Positions 13,766 to 27,708 are shown, numbered from the stretch's first letter. The stretch is DNA of 64,000 nucleotides from Octopus sinensis (GCF_006345805.1 NC_043004.1:65348001-65412000), one strand, 5' to 3'. Numbers and translations: made by a program. The notes: generated from the sequence alone by a model not told the origin.

Positions 13766-15778
13766 CCGCCTTATATAGTTACTCCCCGATACACGGAAAA
13801 ACAATTACGGCTGATTATTATTTTTTGCAAGGTTTTCGTGCGTGATCTGTCCCTTTATGACATACTTCAATGTTTGCCTTCATTTTTGTTATTGCTTCGT
13901 TTATTTATTTCCCCTTGATGTTTCATTATATATTTGATAAACGTTGAGGTTTATTACAGTAGCGTTTGTATTTGTGTACATATATGTATTATGTTGTATG
14001 TGCAAGGTTGTATGTACATATTGATGTCAATGTGTGTTCATATGCGTGGTGTAGTGTGATATTGTCAGGTTGTATTTCAGGCCATGTCTGGTTTCCATCA
14101 AATCCGCTCCCTGTTTCAACTCGTGTATTTTAGGGAGGCGAGAGAAATTGTTTTATGTACGTTGCGACATGTGTTTTCTCTTTGATTTGTATTTTTATTT
14201 TCTTCCTTAACTGTTGTTCATATGGTATATGAGCAACAATATCAACAAACATGTTAACAAACAGAATCACTGCGTGTATCAAAAAAACATTATTGCATCT
14301 CAACCCACCTAAATATGAGCAACGCGCACAGAGTGGCCTCGCGATCGCTCCAGAGGATAGGCTCAGTAAACTATCAGTTAACCTCTATAATATAATACAT
14401 GCCTAACATACCAAAAATTACATCCCAAAGGCTAGGTTTTCGCTTCATAACCAGAAAATATCTAATTTTTCGAAACGTATTAATTTTCCACAATGTCAAT
14501 TTGTTACTCCATGTATTACTGTTCCTATGTCTGTGATGGCGATGCTGCACAACCACCCTAAACCAAGGAAAATACAGAGAAATGTTCAGCATGAAGTCAA
14601 AAGCATTCACCTTCCGACGCAGATATATTTTGTCCTTCCCTTCCCTCATTTTCTTTCTCTCTCGTTCTTTGCGTCTCACCTCTTTCAGTTGTAACTATAC
14701 TGTGCTCCTCCGACGAGACTAGTTTCGGATTATTTTCACTTATTCCGATCGCAAATAATTTGTTTGTCCTTCTCTTTGGATTTATGCTTATCATAGCTTC
14801 CTGTTGACTTTGTGGTAATTCGTTCTGTTCCACTTACCCGCTTTTTTTTACAGCTGCAGCAATTTTGACTTACTCTATTAATAGATCAGGTACGGGACTT
14901 GAGGTTTATACACCCAATTTACACTGGCACAACAGATTTTTCTACTGTCTATTTAGGTAGGACTGAACATTTTAGATAAAGTGCAAAAAAATAGAATAAT
15001 CGAATTTATTGTGTCCAATCTCCTTCAGGCCCAAACTACACGCTACCACCACCACCACCACCACCACCACCATCAAAATGTCAGACCTCTGGGACTCTGT
15101 GTCTGGACATGCATTTGTTGCAGTCGTGCCAAGTTTCAAATTCTTTTAGGAAGTTAGAGGAATCGATCCCATCAACTTTCGAAAGCTATTCAAAGGTGTG
15201 GGTCATGTCCATTCTTCCCGATGAATTTAATATAAAAAAAGAGCCTGTTAATGGATGGAACGCTTTTGATCATAAGTATGATTCACTCGAGTTACCAATA
15301 GTAATACATCCAGTGAGCTTCCATAAAAGAAAAATGGCCACAACCTCACAAATGTAGTCGGTCTCTGGATGTGTTCAATGCAAAGTAAATTTTTGAATCA
15401 TTGAACCATGCAATTACTTGCTACATAATCGAGTTATTGAGAATGCTAACTATTGTTTTCCGCTCGCCTCAACACATAGAGATGATCTTATGTAGAATTC
15501 ATAATTTATGTCAGTGAAAATCAAACCTGTTTGGTGAAGTTTCATGAGATCTTTCTCGGTGGACAATGGCGCGTACATTAAGCTCCGTCATCTGTTCAGA
15601 AGGGTATTTCACAATTTTCTTTTTTCACGAAACAGTCGAAGACATCCGTCATACAAGAAACGCAGAAAGACACATATATTCATGACTATGTAAACTATAG
15701 ATATTATTAGATTTTTAAAATTCAGAAAGCAAAATTTAAATTGCGTGACGGATTGTACTGTATAACAATTCGATGTTT

Positions 15779-16075
15779 TGTTTGTTCCTTCTCAAGCTGT
15801 CTGGCTCATAGGGCCGGTTTCCCGGTTTTCTTGGCGTATAGGTTCCTCACCTGGATGGAACGCCGATCCGTCGCAGGTGAGCTGCAAGATGCGGGAGGAA
15901 AGAGTGAAAGAAAGTTGTGGCGAAAGAGTCAGCAGAAGTTCGCCATTACCATTTGCCGGAGGGGCGTGGCGCTTAGGTGTTTTGCTCATAAACACACACA
16001 TCACCGGTCTGAGATTCGAACCCGCGAACCCTCGACCGAGAGTCCGCTGCTCTAACCACTAGGCCAAGTGTCTTC
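15779..16075 (-). mobile_element. SINE family C2 with a 14-bp target-site duplication
   Basis: ACAATTCGATGTTT at 15765-15778 and 16076-16089. Confidence 0.88.
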
Positions 16076-16413
16076 ACAATTCGATGTTTGAGTTTCAATA
16101 TATAAATCAAAAACTTCAACTATCTTGATCCACCTTGTTCTACATATATGCCAAAAAATGAGAAATTCGAAATTCATAGAAATTTTAATTCAGATTTTCA
16201 TTTTACCCCTTGTGTCTGATTAGTGTGTATGTATTAAGTTCAGTTCGAATTGATATTTGATATTTCGAAAACGTAATTCTGAATTTGGAAATTCAAAATT
16301 AGTTTAGTTTACCACGGACCTTTTTGCTCAGTACATCACTTAGAACTAATAATTCAAAGTACACTGAATATGGTTGCTTTATCAGTATAAAAATAATATA
16401 TGTATAAATTTTA

Positions 16414-16590
16414 TAGGCGCAGGAGTGGCTGTGTGGTAAGTAGTTTGCTTACCAACCACATGGTCCTGGGTTCAGTCCCACTGCATGGCACCTTGGGCAA
16501 GTGTCTTCTACTATAGTCTCGGGCCGACCAAAGCCTTGTGAGTGGAGTTGGTTGATGGAAACTGGAAGAAGCCCGTCGTACATATATATG

Positions 16591-16632
<42 letters not shown>

Positions 16633-16878
16633 TGTATATGTATATGTGTGTATATGTTTGTGTGTCTGTTTTTGTCCCCCCAACATCCCTTGGCAATCGA
16701 TGCTGATGTGTTTACGTCCCTGTAACTTAGCAGTTCGGCAAGAGAGACCGATAGAATAAGTACTAGGCTTACAAAGAATAAGCTCTGGGGGCAATTTGCT
16801 CGACCAAAGGCGGTGTCCAGTATGGCCACAGCCAAATAACTGAAACGTATAATAGGATAAAGAAAAAGAATAAAGAAT
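16414..16878 (+). mobile_element. tRNA-derived SINE family A (CORE-like TTGGGCAAGT domain, internal TA/TG microsatellite), full length
   Basis: A-box/B-box-like head (TGGCTGTGTGG, GGTTCAGTCC), central microsatellite, 3' half ending TGACTGAAAC..(TAAAAGAG)-like tail. Confidence 0.85.
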
Positions 16879-17429
16879 ACTCCGATGTTGCATAATTGCA
16901 GTCACAAACTTCAAAATAACGCTAGAGTAGAGCCAACAGTTATTTAATGGTGAAAATTTTAGTGAATTCACAACTGGGGGATGTCTTTTATGTTAGAAAT
17001 CTACATTACTTGATCATAAAAGCAACAGTTGTCCAAGCAACCGATTCAGTGCAGGGTAAATTGAACCGAATTTATCTCAGAGAGCCATATATCTGCAGAT
17101 TTCATTTCAGTATAGCTGAAACAAATTCACTCTGGAAAAAGATCTCTCCAAGATGCTGGGAATTCCACAATGGTCACTATGTAATCGTTCTTTCGCTATA
17201 TAGATATAAGAAGAAACATTTATACACGTACACATACAGATGCAACTATATATGTATAGACATACATGCATGATATAAATATGTATATATATGGTTATAT
17301 ATGTATATAGATTTATATATATGAATCTATACATGCATATGTATATACATGTATATATGTATGCATGCATGTATGTATGTATGTATGTATGTATGTATGT
17401 ATGTATGTATGTATGTATGCATGAATGTA

Positions 17430-17468
<39 letters not shown>

Positions 17469-19429
17469 GTGTGTGCGCGTTTCAATAAATTTGTGGTTAG
17501 AAACGAAGAAAACATATCTGAATATATAAAATAGAGTTTTGGTATTTCAATCATTTATCTTAAAAAGGTTTACGTTTCCATTATTTAAATGATAAGCAAT
17601 GTAACACTATAATAAACATATTAATGGACATAGCAAAATGCATTTAGTCATCGAGATTTGACAGGGGAACCTACATCCCAGCCAAAATGTATTCTATAAT
17701 TATTTATACAAGTTTCCTGCGCAAAACACCTGATATACTAATCTATTCGGCTGTTAGTTTCGTACCTTCATATTCATGTTTACAATACACAAAAGCAACG
17801 TCGGCTGCCGTTCTTCTAGTGTCGATGAGAAGCTGAATTTCCGTGTGACTCTATTTCAGGGTATGGCTAATCCATTAGTAAAGAATAAACTATTTAAGCG
17901 AAATGGTTGTTGAAAATTCCTTAATAAATTTCTGATACCTTGTTCAAAATTGCTAAAGACTTGTGTATTCAATAACACAAATGTATTAACTAATTTTTTA
18001 TATTAATATTTTACAAGTACCAGCTACAGTTGGAGAGTGAAGTGATAAAGCATATTTCAGCTAGAGATTTTTTATATGGGATTTCTCTGTTATTTACGTG
18101 AGAGAATATCATTTGACAAAGGAATGCTTTAAAAAACATATAGCTATTACAGATACTTGACTTGTTACAATTATGCAGACGGGAATTCTTTGTGCATGTT
18201 TGTACGGGAAAGTGATCTTTCATGTATATTGGTAATCGAAGCAGGAACGTTTTCGGGGCAACTGTGACTCACGTTAATGCTCTTTCTATCAAAGACTTTG
18301 CGACAACAATTATCAACATGGAAATGCATATTATATGGTTTAAGTAAACACTGATAACATTTGAACAAAACATTAGACTTATATGGAGATTTATGCCGTA
18401 TGATGTTTAGTTGCTCTACTTTTGCGGGCTTTTGAATATTAGTGTTGTTGTCCATGACTATTAGTGTTGTTTTCTGTGTTCTGAACCTCTGTCTTTTAGC
18501 ACGCATTGCCATACATTAATTGATCAAGAACGCGAGATATTTATCGTTTGGAGTGTAAAGGATCAGCAACATGATGTACGCAGACAAACTAAATAGAAAA
18601 AGTAGATGTATTTCTTAAAATATTTATTATATCATATACGGTAAAGCAAATAAGCTTTTGGAAACTCTAAGTATCGATATTTGGGAAAGTCAACACACGC
18701 GAAAGTTTCATGAGAATGAAAACAAATTAAAATTGAGATAAATGTATACACACACGTGAAACAATAGGGTTGGAAAACGAAATGTAAATATTGAGTTGAA
18801 ATCTCTATGAAATTCCAATTTATTCTGTTCGGGCGTAGTTATACAACATCAAAGTGATTCAGTAAACTCGTATCTAATCAAAACTCGTTTCTATATATAA
18901 TTAATAAATGTCAAAAATGTAAAATGAATACATTATTAAAGCAACATGCAACAAAGAGTTCACATAGCTTGATGTACTTTGCTGTAGTATGACTGCGTCT
19001 AAAGTGAATAAATTTGAAACCCAGAGGCAATTCGACGCAATATTTAAACATTGTTTTATACCTTACATTAAACAAGTCTATATCTATTATATTTAGTTCA
19101 ATTTGAAGTTCTTTTTATTTGGTAAGCATTTCATGAGTATTGTAACTGTGTTTACATATTCCAATCCAAAACGTGGGTATATGTATGTAGTAAGTATGCA
19201 TTTGTATATATCTGGGCATCAGAGACACTCTATACACACGCACACACACGTACGTGTATGTACATGTTATATATATATCTATATGTGTGTGTATGCATGT
19301 ATGTATATATGTATATATATGTATATATATATACGTATATATATATGTATGTATGTATATATATACACATATATATATATATGTGTGTATATATATATAT
19401 TATATATATATATACATATATATATGTAT

Positions 19430-19502
<73 letters not shown>

Positions 19503-19799
19503 TATTATATATATATATATATTATATATATATATATATACATATATATATGTATATATACACCTGAGTGGACACACGGTAGATGCTCTCCATATATTTA
19601 GTAGCAGTTACATCTATTCTTATCTAAAACAGTTTCATTCGGTCCCAGATAGCTTAAAGTTTCATAGGCTTGACACCTGTGATAGGCCTTGGGAACTTTA
19701 AGATGCATGGAGCCGAAACAAACTTTTTTAAGTAATAATAATTATAATAATGATGATGAAGATGATGATGATAATATTAATAATAATTATAATAATTAC

Positions 19800-20057
<258 letters not shown>

Positions 20058-20058
20058 A

Positions 20059-20360
20059 TGAGGGTAAGTTGAAAATAATAGCACTTTTGCTTCTGTAATT
20101 TATTGAAACAGAAACAGCAGTTGAAGAATTGCCTCATTTTGAGACGGAGACTCGTTGTCTTTCGATGCACAGCTTCGGGCGGTTCAGAAGTTTGCTTATT
20201 CCACCGGAGACTATTTTACGTTCGCCGTACATCCATTTATGCACAGCTTTCTGCGCTTCGTCTTTCGTAGCAAATCGAGGATCCCGGAAAGAAATCTTGT
20301 TCGGTTCAAGGTAGCGTTAGTCGGAAGGAGTGAGATCTGGTTAGGAGAAAAGGGTGCACT
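20059..20360 (-). mobile_element. mariner transposase 3' fragment with right TIR
   Basis: PDLTPSD*RYLEPNK...RFATKDEAQKAVHKW...GISKLL..KLCIE. Terminus TA-TGAGGGTAAGTTGAAA. Confidence 0.78.
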
Positions 20361-20582
20361 TCTTTTATTAAGGGGGCTGCGTGCCCCCCATCCCCCCAGC
20401 GCCCCCTCGGTCCGGCCCTGGTGTGCATCGGTATGCTGGAGGTGAGAAGCGATACAAAAAGTTGTAGTCAATTTTTGGTGCAGATGTGTTCCCCCAGGAG
20501 GTGAGTTTTGAAAAATACCGCGTTTTTTTGTTTTTCGTTTTGCACGTATCTATAGCAACACATTTTGGTAATTGTAGCTTCT

Positions 20583-20738
20583 TCGTCCCCGTCACTTAGC
20601 GGTTCGGGAAAAGAGACCGATAGAATAAGTACTGGGATTACAAAGAATAAGTCCCGGGGTGGATTTGCTCGACTAAAGGCGGTGCTCCAGCATGGCCGCA
20701 GTCAAATGACTGAAACAAGTAAGAGAGTAAAGAAAGAG
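20583..20738 (+). mobile_element. SINE family A, 3' half only
   Basis: CGTCCCCGTCACTTAGCGGTTCGG...TGACTGAAACAAGTAAGAGAG. Confidence 0.8.
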
Positions 20739-20740
20739 AG

Positions 20741-21185
20741 CATATGCATCACAGCCATATGTGCGTGAAATGGTGACGTCATATTAAGATAAACAGCACA
20801 TGACCTTGTAGGTGGGACCCAGTTAGAATTTTCATCTGGTCGAGTAGCCCATCCCACTCAAAAGGTACCCGAAGAAGGACTATTTAAGAATGTTAATAAA
20901 GACACCCATGTTTCCATAGGTGAATTATTCAAACCCCAAAGAATTCCTCTCAAAACATGGCTGTGATGCCCCCCACAACTTCTGCTCGTGATCAGAGATG
21001 CACATATCGTCAGCCACTAAGGGACATGGTCAATTGGTTAAGGTCAAATAACTAACAGGCAAGTCCGTGATATTGAGCAGAATATTTGCTGTAGCCCATC
21101 TTTTATACCAAGAAAAAATAATGTGCATAACACTTCCAACCAGTTAAGATCAGAAGCCATGAGAGCAACTGCCTGGTACTGCATT
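20741..21185 (-). mobile_element. Family D copy, truncated
   Basis: Collinear with ~27260-27700. In tandem with the next copy across a short (TTA)n. Confidence 0.78.
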
Positions 21186-21200
21186 GTTATTATTATTATT

Positions 21201-21710
21201 GAGTGAGAGAGCAGTGCATGCCATCAAATTGACACTGGGGTAAAATATACGAAGCCCAATATACCCATCATTGACTACCCGTCTGATGGGTACACCAGGC
21301 CATGCATCACAAACTATTGGGGTGCGCGACAGGTGATCTCATATCAGATACCAGCAACAGACCTTGCCAAGTGGGGCCGCAGTTAGAACTTTTCTTCTGG
21401 TCGATGACCCCTCCCGCTCAAAAAGTCTTTGAATAACACATGGCTATATGCTCCCCCACACTATCTGCCGTGATCAGCGATGCACATATCGTCAGCCACT
21501 AAGGGACAGGATGCTCATGGTTACGGTCAAACACTGACCAGCAATCTGTGGTATGGCCAGGAATATTTGCTGTAATCCCATCTTTTATAACAAGACAAAC
21601 AGTACTTATAACACTTCCAATCAGTTAAGATCAGAAGCCATGAGAGCCACTGCCTGGTACTGCATCAGGGCATTTACTGCATCAGGGCATTTAGGTACTG
21701 CATCAGGGAA
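21201..21710 (-). mobile_element. Family D copy with internal deletion and terminal triplication
   Basis: Same termini, TACTGCATCAGGG x3 at the end, (TTA)n on both sides. Confidence 0.78.
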
Positions 21711-21770
<60 letters not shown>

Positions 21771-21954
21771 GTGGTGTTGTTGTTGTGTTATTGTTAGCTG
21801 TAGCATTCTCTTTAGTATAGCTAAAATAATTAATTTCATTTCAAAATGCATCTTAAGGAAAAGCAATATATTGTAGCTTCTCTTTCTTTCTGAAGGCCTT
21901 GTTCTTAACACTGATAGGATATATATATATATATATTTATACATACGTATATAC

Positions 21955-22023
<69 letters not shown>

Positions 22024-22032
22024 TATACATGC

Positions 22033-22063
<31 letters not shown>

Positions 22064-22273
22064 CATGTACGTGTGTGTGAGTGAGTTTGGTGAGTGTATG
22101 ACAATATATGTTAGCATTCACGTATGCATATGTATAAATGCGAATGTATGTATGCATTGGGTATATGTATGCCTCAATATGTTTTTGTTATTTGTCTCTT
22201 CGATATTGGCGTATCTCTATGTATGCGCGCACACACACATATGTATGTGTGTATATATACATTATATATACAT

Positions 22274-22350
<77 letters not shown>

Positions 22351-22441
22351 CCTCCACAAACAGACCCGTATATAAATGCATGCATTGATATATTGATATA
22401 AACATAGCCATCATTTCTATATATCTATCTATCTATCTATG

Positions 22442-22518
<77 letters not shown>

Positions 22519-22519
22519 T

Positions 22520-23126
22520 TATGGCGAAGAATGTATCTGGTGGACGCGTCTGAAAGGATTGGAGACAAACACTTTCCTCTCTGGTCAATCTCTCATCAAC
22601 TTCTTCAAGTACCACTTGAAAAGGAAAGTGAGAGTAGAGAGGCAAGTTTTGTTTAGCGAATGTTTTAAAAAAAGATGGGTGAATGTAGCAAGAATGGCAC
22701 GTATGAATGACGAAGCCACCTTGAGCATAGTCCTATGAACCCAGAAATCGAAAACAGAGAGTTGCTTATTTGCAAAAAAAAAAAAAGAAATATAAAATGT
22801 GACTTCATTGACCGAGGTTACCGTGGTCTTTTCCGTAGGCTTTTCTTTCCACGGGTAAACCTCACCTGTCCTCCCCTTTACACTTCATATTGACATTTCT
22901 GTGATAACGATCCCTATTGATCAATTTTTTTTTCCTCTCCCCCTTTTTTTTTTTTTTTTTTTTTTTACCCCCTTCCTTTTTTTGTCCTCTTTCTCTCCTT
23001 TTACGATCCCTTTTGATCGAAACTCCCCCTTCCTTTTTTTTTTTTTTTTTTAAACCTTCAAAAGAAAAGCTCTACCTTGTAATTTGTTCTATCTGTGTGC
23101 AGCCCTGTGTGGCTAATAAAGAAACA
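22520..23126 (+). mobile_element. L1/Tx1-like LINE 3' end (ORF2 C-terminus plus 3' UTR) within (CTAT)n
   Basis: WWTRLKG...FFKYHLKRKVRVERQVL..ECFKKRW...SIVL* (stop 22738), T-rich UTR ending CAGCCCTGTGTGGCTAATAAAG. (CTAT)n on both sides. Clade assignment is tentative. Confidence 0.55.
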
Positions 23127-23649
23127 TATCTATCTATCTATTTATCTCTCTCTCTATATCACTTTATGTCAGTGCTTATTAGCATTTATGTATATACGCG
23201 TATGTATATATGTGTATATATGCCTGCATATGTGTACGACCAAACAGTAAGAAGAAATTCACCTTTCTAACACGGTTCCTTCTACATGAAATAATAAGTC
23301 AACTTAATACATATTCTGAAATAGATTGTGACAGATTTTTACTTAATTAAGAGCGATTTATTCTTGACGCAAAGACTTAAAACTAAATTCGTGTCTCGAA
23401 AAAGTGTTTGTGTGATGTGAATATCTATCTTTTGGTCTCCTTATAACGATTCTGCTGAATTTGATGGTACAGATCACTAATTAACAAGAATTTTCTAGAT
23501 GCTGAACAAATCATAAAGATAATCAACACTGAAAGATGGCAACACATTTAATCCCATCAAAATAACTTGCAATAAACAATTTAAGAATATATTTTTGTAT
23601 TTTTTATATTTTTATATATTTTTGATAAAATTTCTTTTATAATTTATCA

Positions 23650-23795
23650 TTTCTTCTTCTTCTTCTTCTCTTCTTCTTCTTCTTCTTCTTCTTCTTCTTC
23701 TTCTTCTTCTTCTCCTCCTTCTTCTCCTTCTTCTTCTTCTTCTTCTTCTTCTCTTCTTCTTCTTCTTCTTCTTCTTCTTCTTCTTCTTCTTCTTC
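23650..23795. repeat. (TTC)n microsatellite
   Basis: Direct reading. Confidence 0.95.
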
Positions 23796-23939
23796 GTCGA
23801 CTTAGCCTGTCAGCCTTTTGCGGTTGACAAAATGAGTACCAGTCATATACTAGGGGCGATGCAATCGACTAGCTTCTTCCCCTCCAAAAGTTCAAGCCTC
23901 GAACCAATATTACAAAGGATTATAAAAATGATCATAATT

Positions 23940-23996
<57 letters not shown>

Positions 23997-24493
23997 AACT
24001 GCTGCTTCTTCTGGAGTTCATAGCGCATTGGACAAATTGTTTAATGTGATTTGCCGACTTCATCTTTGCTTTTCCCATCGCCTGACGATTGCTGGACTTG
24101 CGCCTAAATTAGATAGAATTACAATTGCTCTTCTTGTTGTTGTTACAGATTATCACAGTATATTCAGTGTGGGACGTAGCAAGATGTCTGCTGACCCCGA
24201 CCAGTGAACTAACACTTCATTTTCTGAAAAGTTTGCGAATGATTTCCCCGGCTCCGAGCAACTCTATATTTCTGTAGATGCTCGAGCCTCTCATCTGCTC
24301 CTGTCTTTTCTATCCAGTTTGTGAGTGTCGTACGTATAGAGACGCGTGTGGTAAGTAGCTTGCTTCCCAACCACATGGTTCCGGATTCAGTCCAATTAGG
24401 TGGCACCTTGGGCAAGTGTCTCCTATAATAGCCTCGGGCCGCCCAAAGCTTTATGAGTGGATTAGGTAGACGGAAACTGAGAGAAGCCCGTCG

Positions 24494-24583
<90 letters not shown>

Positions 24584-24631
24584 GCAATCTATCTATCTAT
24601 CTAGCAATCTATCTATCTATCTATATATATA

Positions 24632-24663
<32 letters not shown>

Positions 24664-24671
24664 GCATGTAT

Positions 24672-24960
24672 GTAGATGCGCAATGGCTTAGTGGTTAGGG
24701 CAGCGGACTCGCGGTCGTAGGATCGCGGTTTCGATTCCCAGACCGGGCGTTGTGAGTGTTTATTGAGCGAAAACACCTAAAGCTCCACAATGCTCTGGCG
24801 GGGTGTAGTGAGGATCGCTGCTGTACTCTTTCGCCACAACTTTTTCTCACTCTTTCTTCTGTTGGCCTACTCGCTTAGCCAGCCGGGTCGGATCATTTGA
24901 AGGCTAAAACAATGCGAAACGCATTGTGACCAGCAATATCTGATAGCCTGGTCGGTCACG

Positions 24961-24966
<6 letters not shown>
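24672..24966 (+). mobile_element. tRNA-derived SINE family C
   Basis: TGGCTTAGTGGTTAGG A box, GGTTTCGATTCC B box, AAAACACCTAAAGCTCC domain, tail GCCTGGTCGGTCACGGTGATA. Confidence 0.85.
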
Positions 24967-24993
<27 letters not shown>

Positions 24994-25002
<9 letters not shown>

Positions 25003-25258
25003 TATTAGAGACAAAACCACTATTTTGCAAAGGACTTAATCAATACATAAAATTTTAATAAATATTCAAAAAAACCGCCACTAGTGGCGGTTTTTTGAAT
25101 ATTTATTAAAATTTTATGTATTGATTAAGTCTTTGTTGCAAAATAGTGTTTTGTCTCTAATAATATTTTATAATATTTTACTATAAAATTGGATTTAATC
25201 CTAAATCTGATTTTTTTCCCTGTAAATTTGGATTTATTCCCTAATATTTATTATTATA
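24994..25258 (+). mobile_element. Fold-back AT-rich element (~88-bp arms) with ~85-bp tail, in (TA)n
   Basis: Near-perfect palindrome centred on CCGCCACTAGTGGCGG (centre ~25082), then a tail shared with 53020-53110. Confidence 0.75.
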
Positions 25259-25283
25259 TATATATATATATATATATATGTGT

Positions 25284-25322
<39 letters not shown>

Positions 25323-25521
25323 GTGTGTGTGTGTATGTACTTGTTATTTGTGTCTGCGTTGGTCCCCTTACCGTCTTTTGACAATCGGTTCGGCAAAAAG
25401 AGACCGATAGAATAAGCACCAGGCTTACAAAGAATAACTCCTGGGGGTCCATTTGTTCGAATAAACCTACTGCTCCAGCATGGCTGCATTCAAATGATTG
25501 AAACAAGTAAAAGTATAAAAG

Positions 25522-26790
25522 AATATTTCCAATAACCTCACGTACGATGCTCACTTATTTCAATCACCAAAACTTTTTTATCTCCCACATCAAACGATAT
25601 ATTTGACTTGCTTCTCTCCTCTTCATCTCTTTCCGATACTTTGTCATCACCGGGACATGGAATTTCTATGATTAAACACATTTTGGCTTTCATTTTTATT
25701 CACAACCGGTATTTTAGACTTTCGATATTCAATTTCATAGGTTTGGATGATTTTATTCCATAGTCACTTTACCATGTCATTGTTGATTACGCTTTTTGGA
25801 ATTTTGCCATAACACATCTTTGCTCCATCGAATCCACACTTGTCATACAACTCCCAGTGAATCAGCTTTGCGACATTATCGTGTTTTCATTCGTATTCCT
25901 TTTGGGGGAGCTTTACAATATGATACAAGCTCATCTTTGTCACCGCAATCTCTAAGATTTATTACGTGAAACGACTGACATAAACACGGTTTCTTTCTCC
26001 TCATACACAGAGAGTAATATGTTCTCACCCATAAGGCATCGTACTGGTAGAAATATTAGCATGCCGGACGAAATGCTTAGCGTAATTCGTCAGTCTTTAT
26101 GTTCTGAGTTCAAATTCCGCCGAGGTCGACTTTGCTCTTCATCCTTTCGGGGTCGATAAATTAAGTACCAGTTGCGTACTGGGGTCAAGCTAATCGACTG
26201 GACCCTTCCCTTAAAATTCCGGGCCTCGTTCCTAGAGTAGAAAATTTGTTCACACTCATAAACAGTTGTATTGTGATCCCTCGCCACCTTGAGGTATAAT
26301 TTCTCCAAAGTGTTGTTCCTGCGCAGCTCAGGTAAGCGCAATCTGTGTCTGGCTTCAAGTCACTTTTCCTAAGGCAGTCTCCCCCCCCCCATGGCATCTA
26401 TTCCTGCTCACCTCTGCCCGTAAATATTAATTCCATTTCATTTATTTCGTCTTCCTTATTTAATTTTTCTTTGTAACACCTTTGATTCCAAACAAGTGTC
26501 TGTCCTCATTGTATCAGATATTCTCACCTGCACCAGTAATAGTTCTATGGCACATTTGATACACCGCCTAAAAACTATTCTCTTCTGATCCCATACAACT
26601 TTCGTAACTGATTAGCCCTCACCCACTTTTGTGCTTGGTTAGATACAACCTGGCACTATCATTCCTGGATATGAAATGCTCCATTATATCTTACCTACTC
26701 AGCTTGTTGCTGGAGGTGTAATTAATATACCAGCTGCTCAGCTCCCATGATCTAACTTATACGTTCAAGATCTCATGATACATTTTTTTA
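25522..26790 (-). mobile_element. Decayed R4/Dong-like C-terminal half (RT thumb, zinc knuckle, RLE endonuclease), interrupted by a SINE at ~26030-26255
   Basis: Minus-strand translation by eye across stops and frameshifts: RNDSARLYLTKHKSG*GLIS (thumb), CLRKSDLKPDT...LWRNY, CGDKDELVS.HIV, KHDNVAKLIHWELY, CLIIEIPCPGDDKVSER..EK..KY, VIGNI. Confidence 0.8.
26032..26250 (+). mobile_element. SINE family B monomer inserted in the R4-like remnant
   Basis: Same head, B box and central domain. Confidence 0.8.
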
Positions 26791-26794
26791 CAAG

Positions 26795-27082
26795 TTTCTA
26801 GAATTCTGAGACTCCTTGCACAGCCAAGTATTGCTGCTTTCTGCATATTCTCTAATAGTATTTTAAACCAATCTTTTCCAGCCTCTTTTTATTTTCTTTG
26901 CTCTCTGTACCTAGGGGGGGGGGGCAACAATTATTGGCACGATACACGCATTTTTCTTTTCCCATTGACCATAGCTTTTTTTACTTTCTCACTTCATATC
27001 GTGTCAGTTTTTCTCCTTTTCCGGAGATTCGACTGTCCTCAGGGCAAGCAATGTCTATGAATTACACCGGCCCGTGTTTTAG
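26795..27082 (-). mobile_element. Second R4/Dong-like fragment: RLE C-terminus, 5'-truncated at (TAA)n
   Basis: IDIACPEDSRISGKGEKLTRYE, KLW, IVPIIV..LGT, ENMQKAAILGCARSLRIL. Its 5' side abuts the (TTA)n tract at 27085-27154. Confidence 0.75.
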
Positions 27083-27083
27083 A

Positions 27084-27154
<71 letters not shown>

Positions 27155-27708
27155 GAGTGAGAGAGCAGTGCATGCCATCAAAGTGACACTGGGGTAAAAT
27201 ATACGAAGCCCAGAATCCCCATCATGACTACCCGTCTGATAAGGGTACACCAGGCACATGCATCACAACCATATGTGTGCGACATGGTGATCTCATATCA
27301 AGATAAACAGCGCATGACCTTGCAGGGGGAGCTCAGTTAGAATTTTCTTCTTGTCAAGTAACCCAACCGGCTCAAAAGGTCCCTGAATAAGGGTTGTTGA
27401 TGTTGAAGGAAACACCCATGTTTCCAATGGTGAATTATTCAAACCCCAAATAATCTCTCTCAACACATGGCTATGATGCACCCCCACTACTTCTGTTTGT
27501 GATCAGAGATGCACATATCGTCAGCCACTAAGGGACATGCTCAACTGGTTAAGGTCAAACTATTGACAAGCAAATCTGTGGTATTGAGCAGAATATTTGC
27601 TGTAGCCCATCTTTTATACCAAGACAAAACAATGTACATGATAACACTTCCAATCAGTTAAGATCAGGGGCCATGAGAGCCACTGCCTGGTACTGCATCA
27701 GGGCATTT
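27155..27708 (-). mobile_element. ~555-bp non-coding element inserted in (TAA)n (family D), full length
   Basis: GAGTGAGAGAGCAGTGCATG...TACTGCATCAGGGCATTT with (TTA)n on both sides. Strand is inferred from the TAA-type tail. Confidence 0.8.

Larger units (their letters stand above)
24337..25520 (+). mobile_element. SINE family A split by nested insertions (5' half 24337-24495, 3' half ~25335-25520)
   Basis: The halves are separated by (CTAT)n, a family C SINE, and the fold-back element. Confidence 0.75.

Noticed and set aside
14705-14755. Minus-strand GAAACTAGTC with an upstream stem
   Set aside because: No CUGANGA-like core or matching stem I upstream.
18171-18512. 113-aa non-repetitive minus-strand ORF with a hydrophobic in-frame stretch upstream, vaguely like a GPCR tail
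   Set aside because: No recognisable motif, in-frame stops just upstream, and no clear splice sites. It remains the best candidate for a BLASTx check.
21000-21020. CTGACGA on the minus strand in family D (and other isolated CTGANGA hits at 9507, 24084, 42353, 43187, 49475)
   Set aside because: No correctly placed GAAA and stems.
24672-24745. SINE heads as genuine tRNA genes
   Set aside because: No complete cloverleaf or acceptor stem, and each continues into a repeated SINE body.
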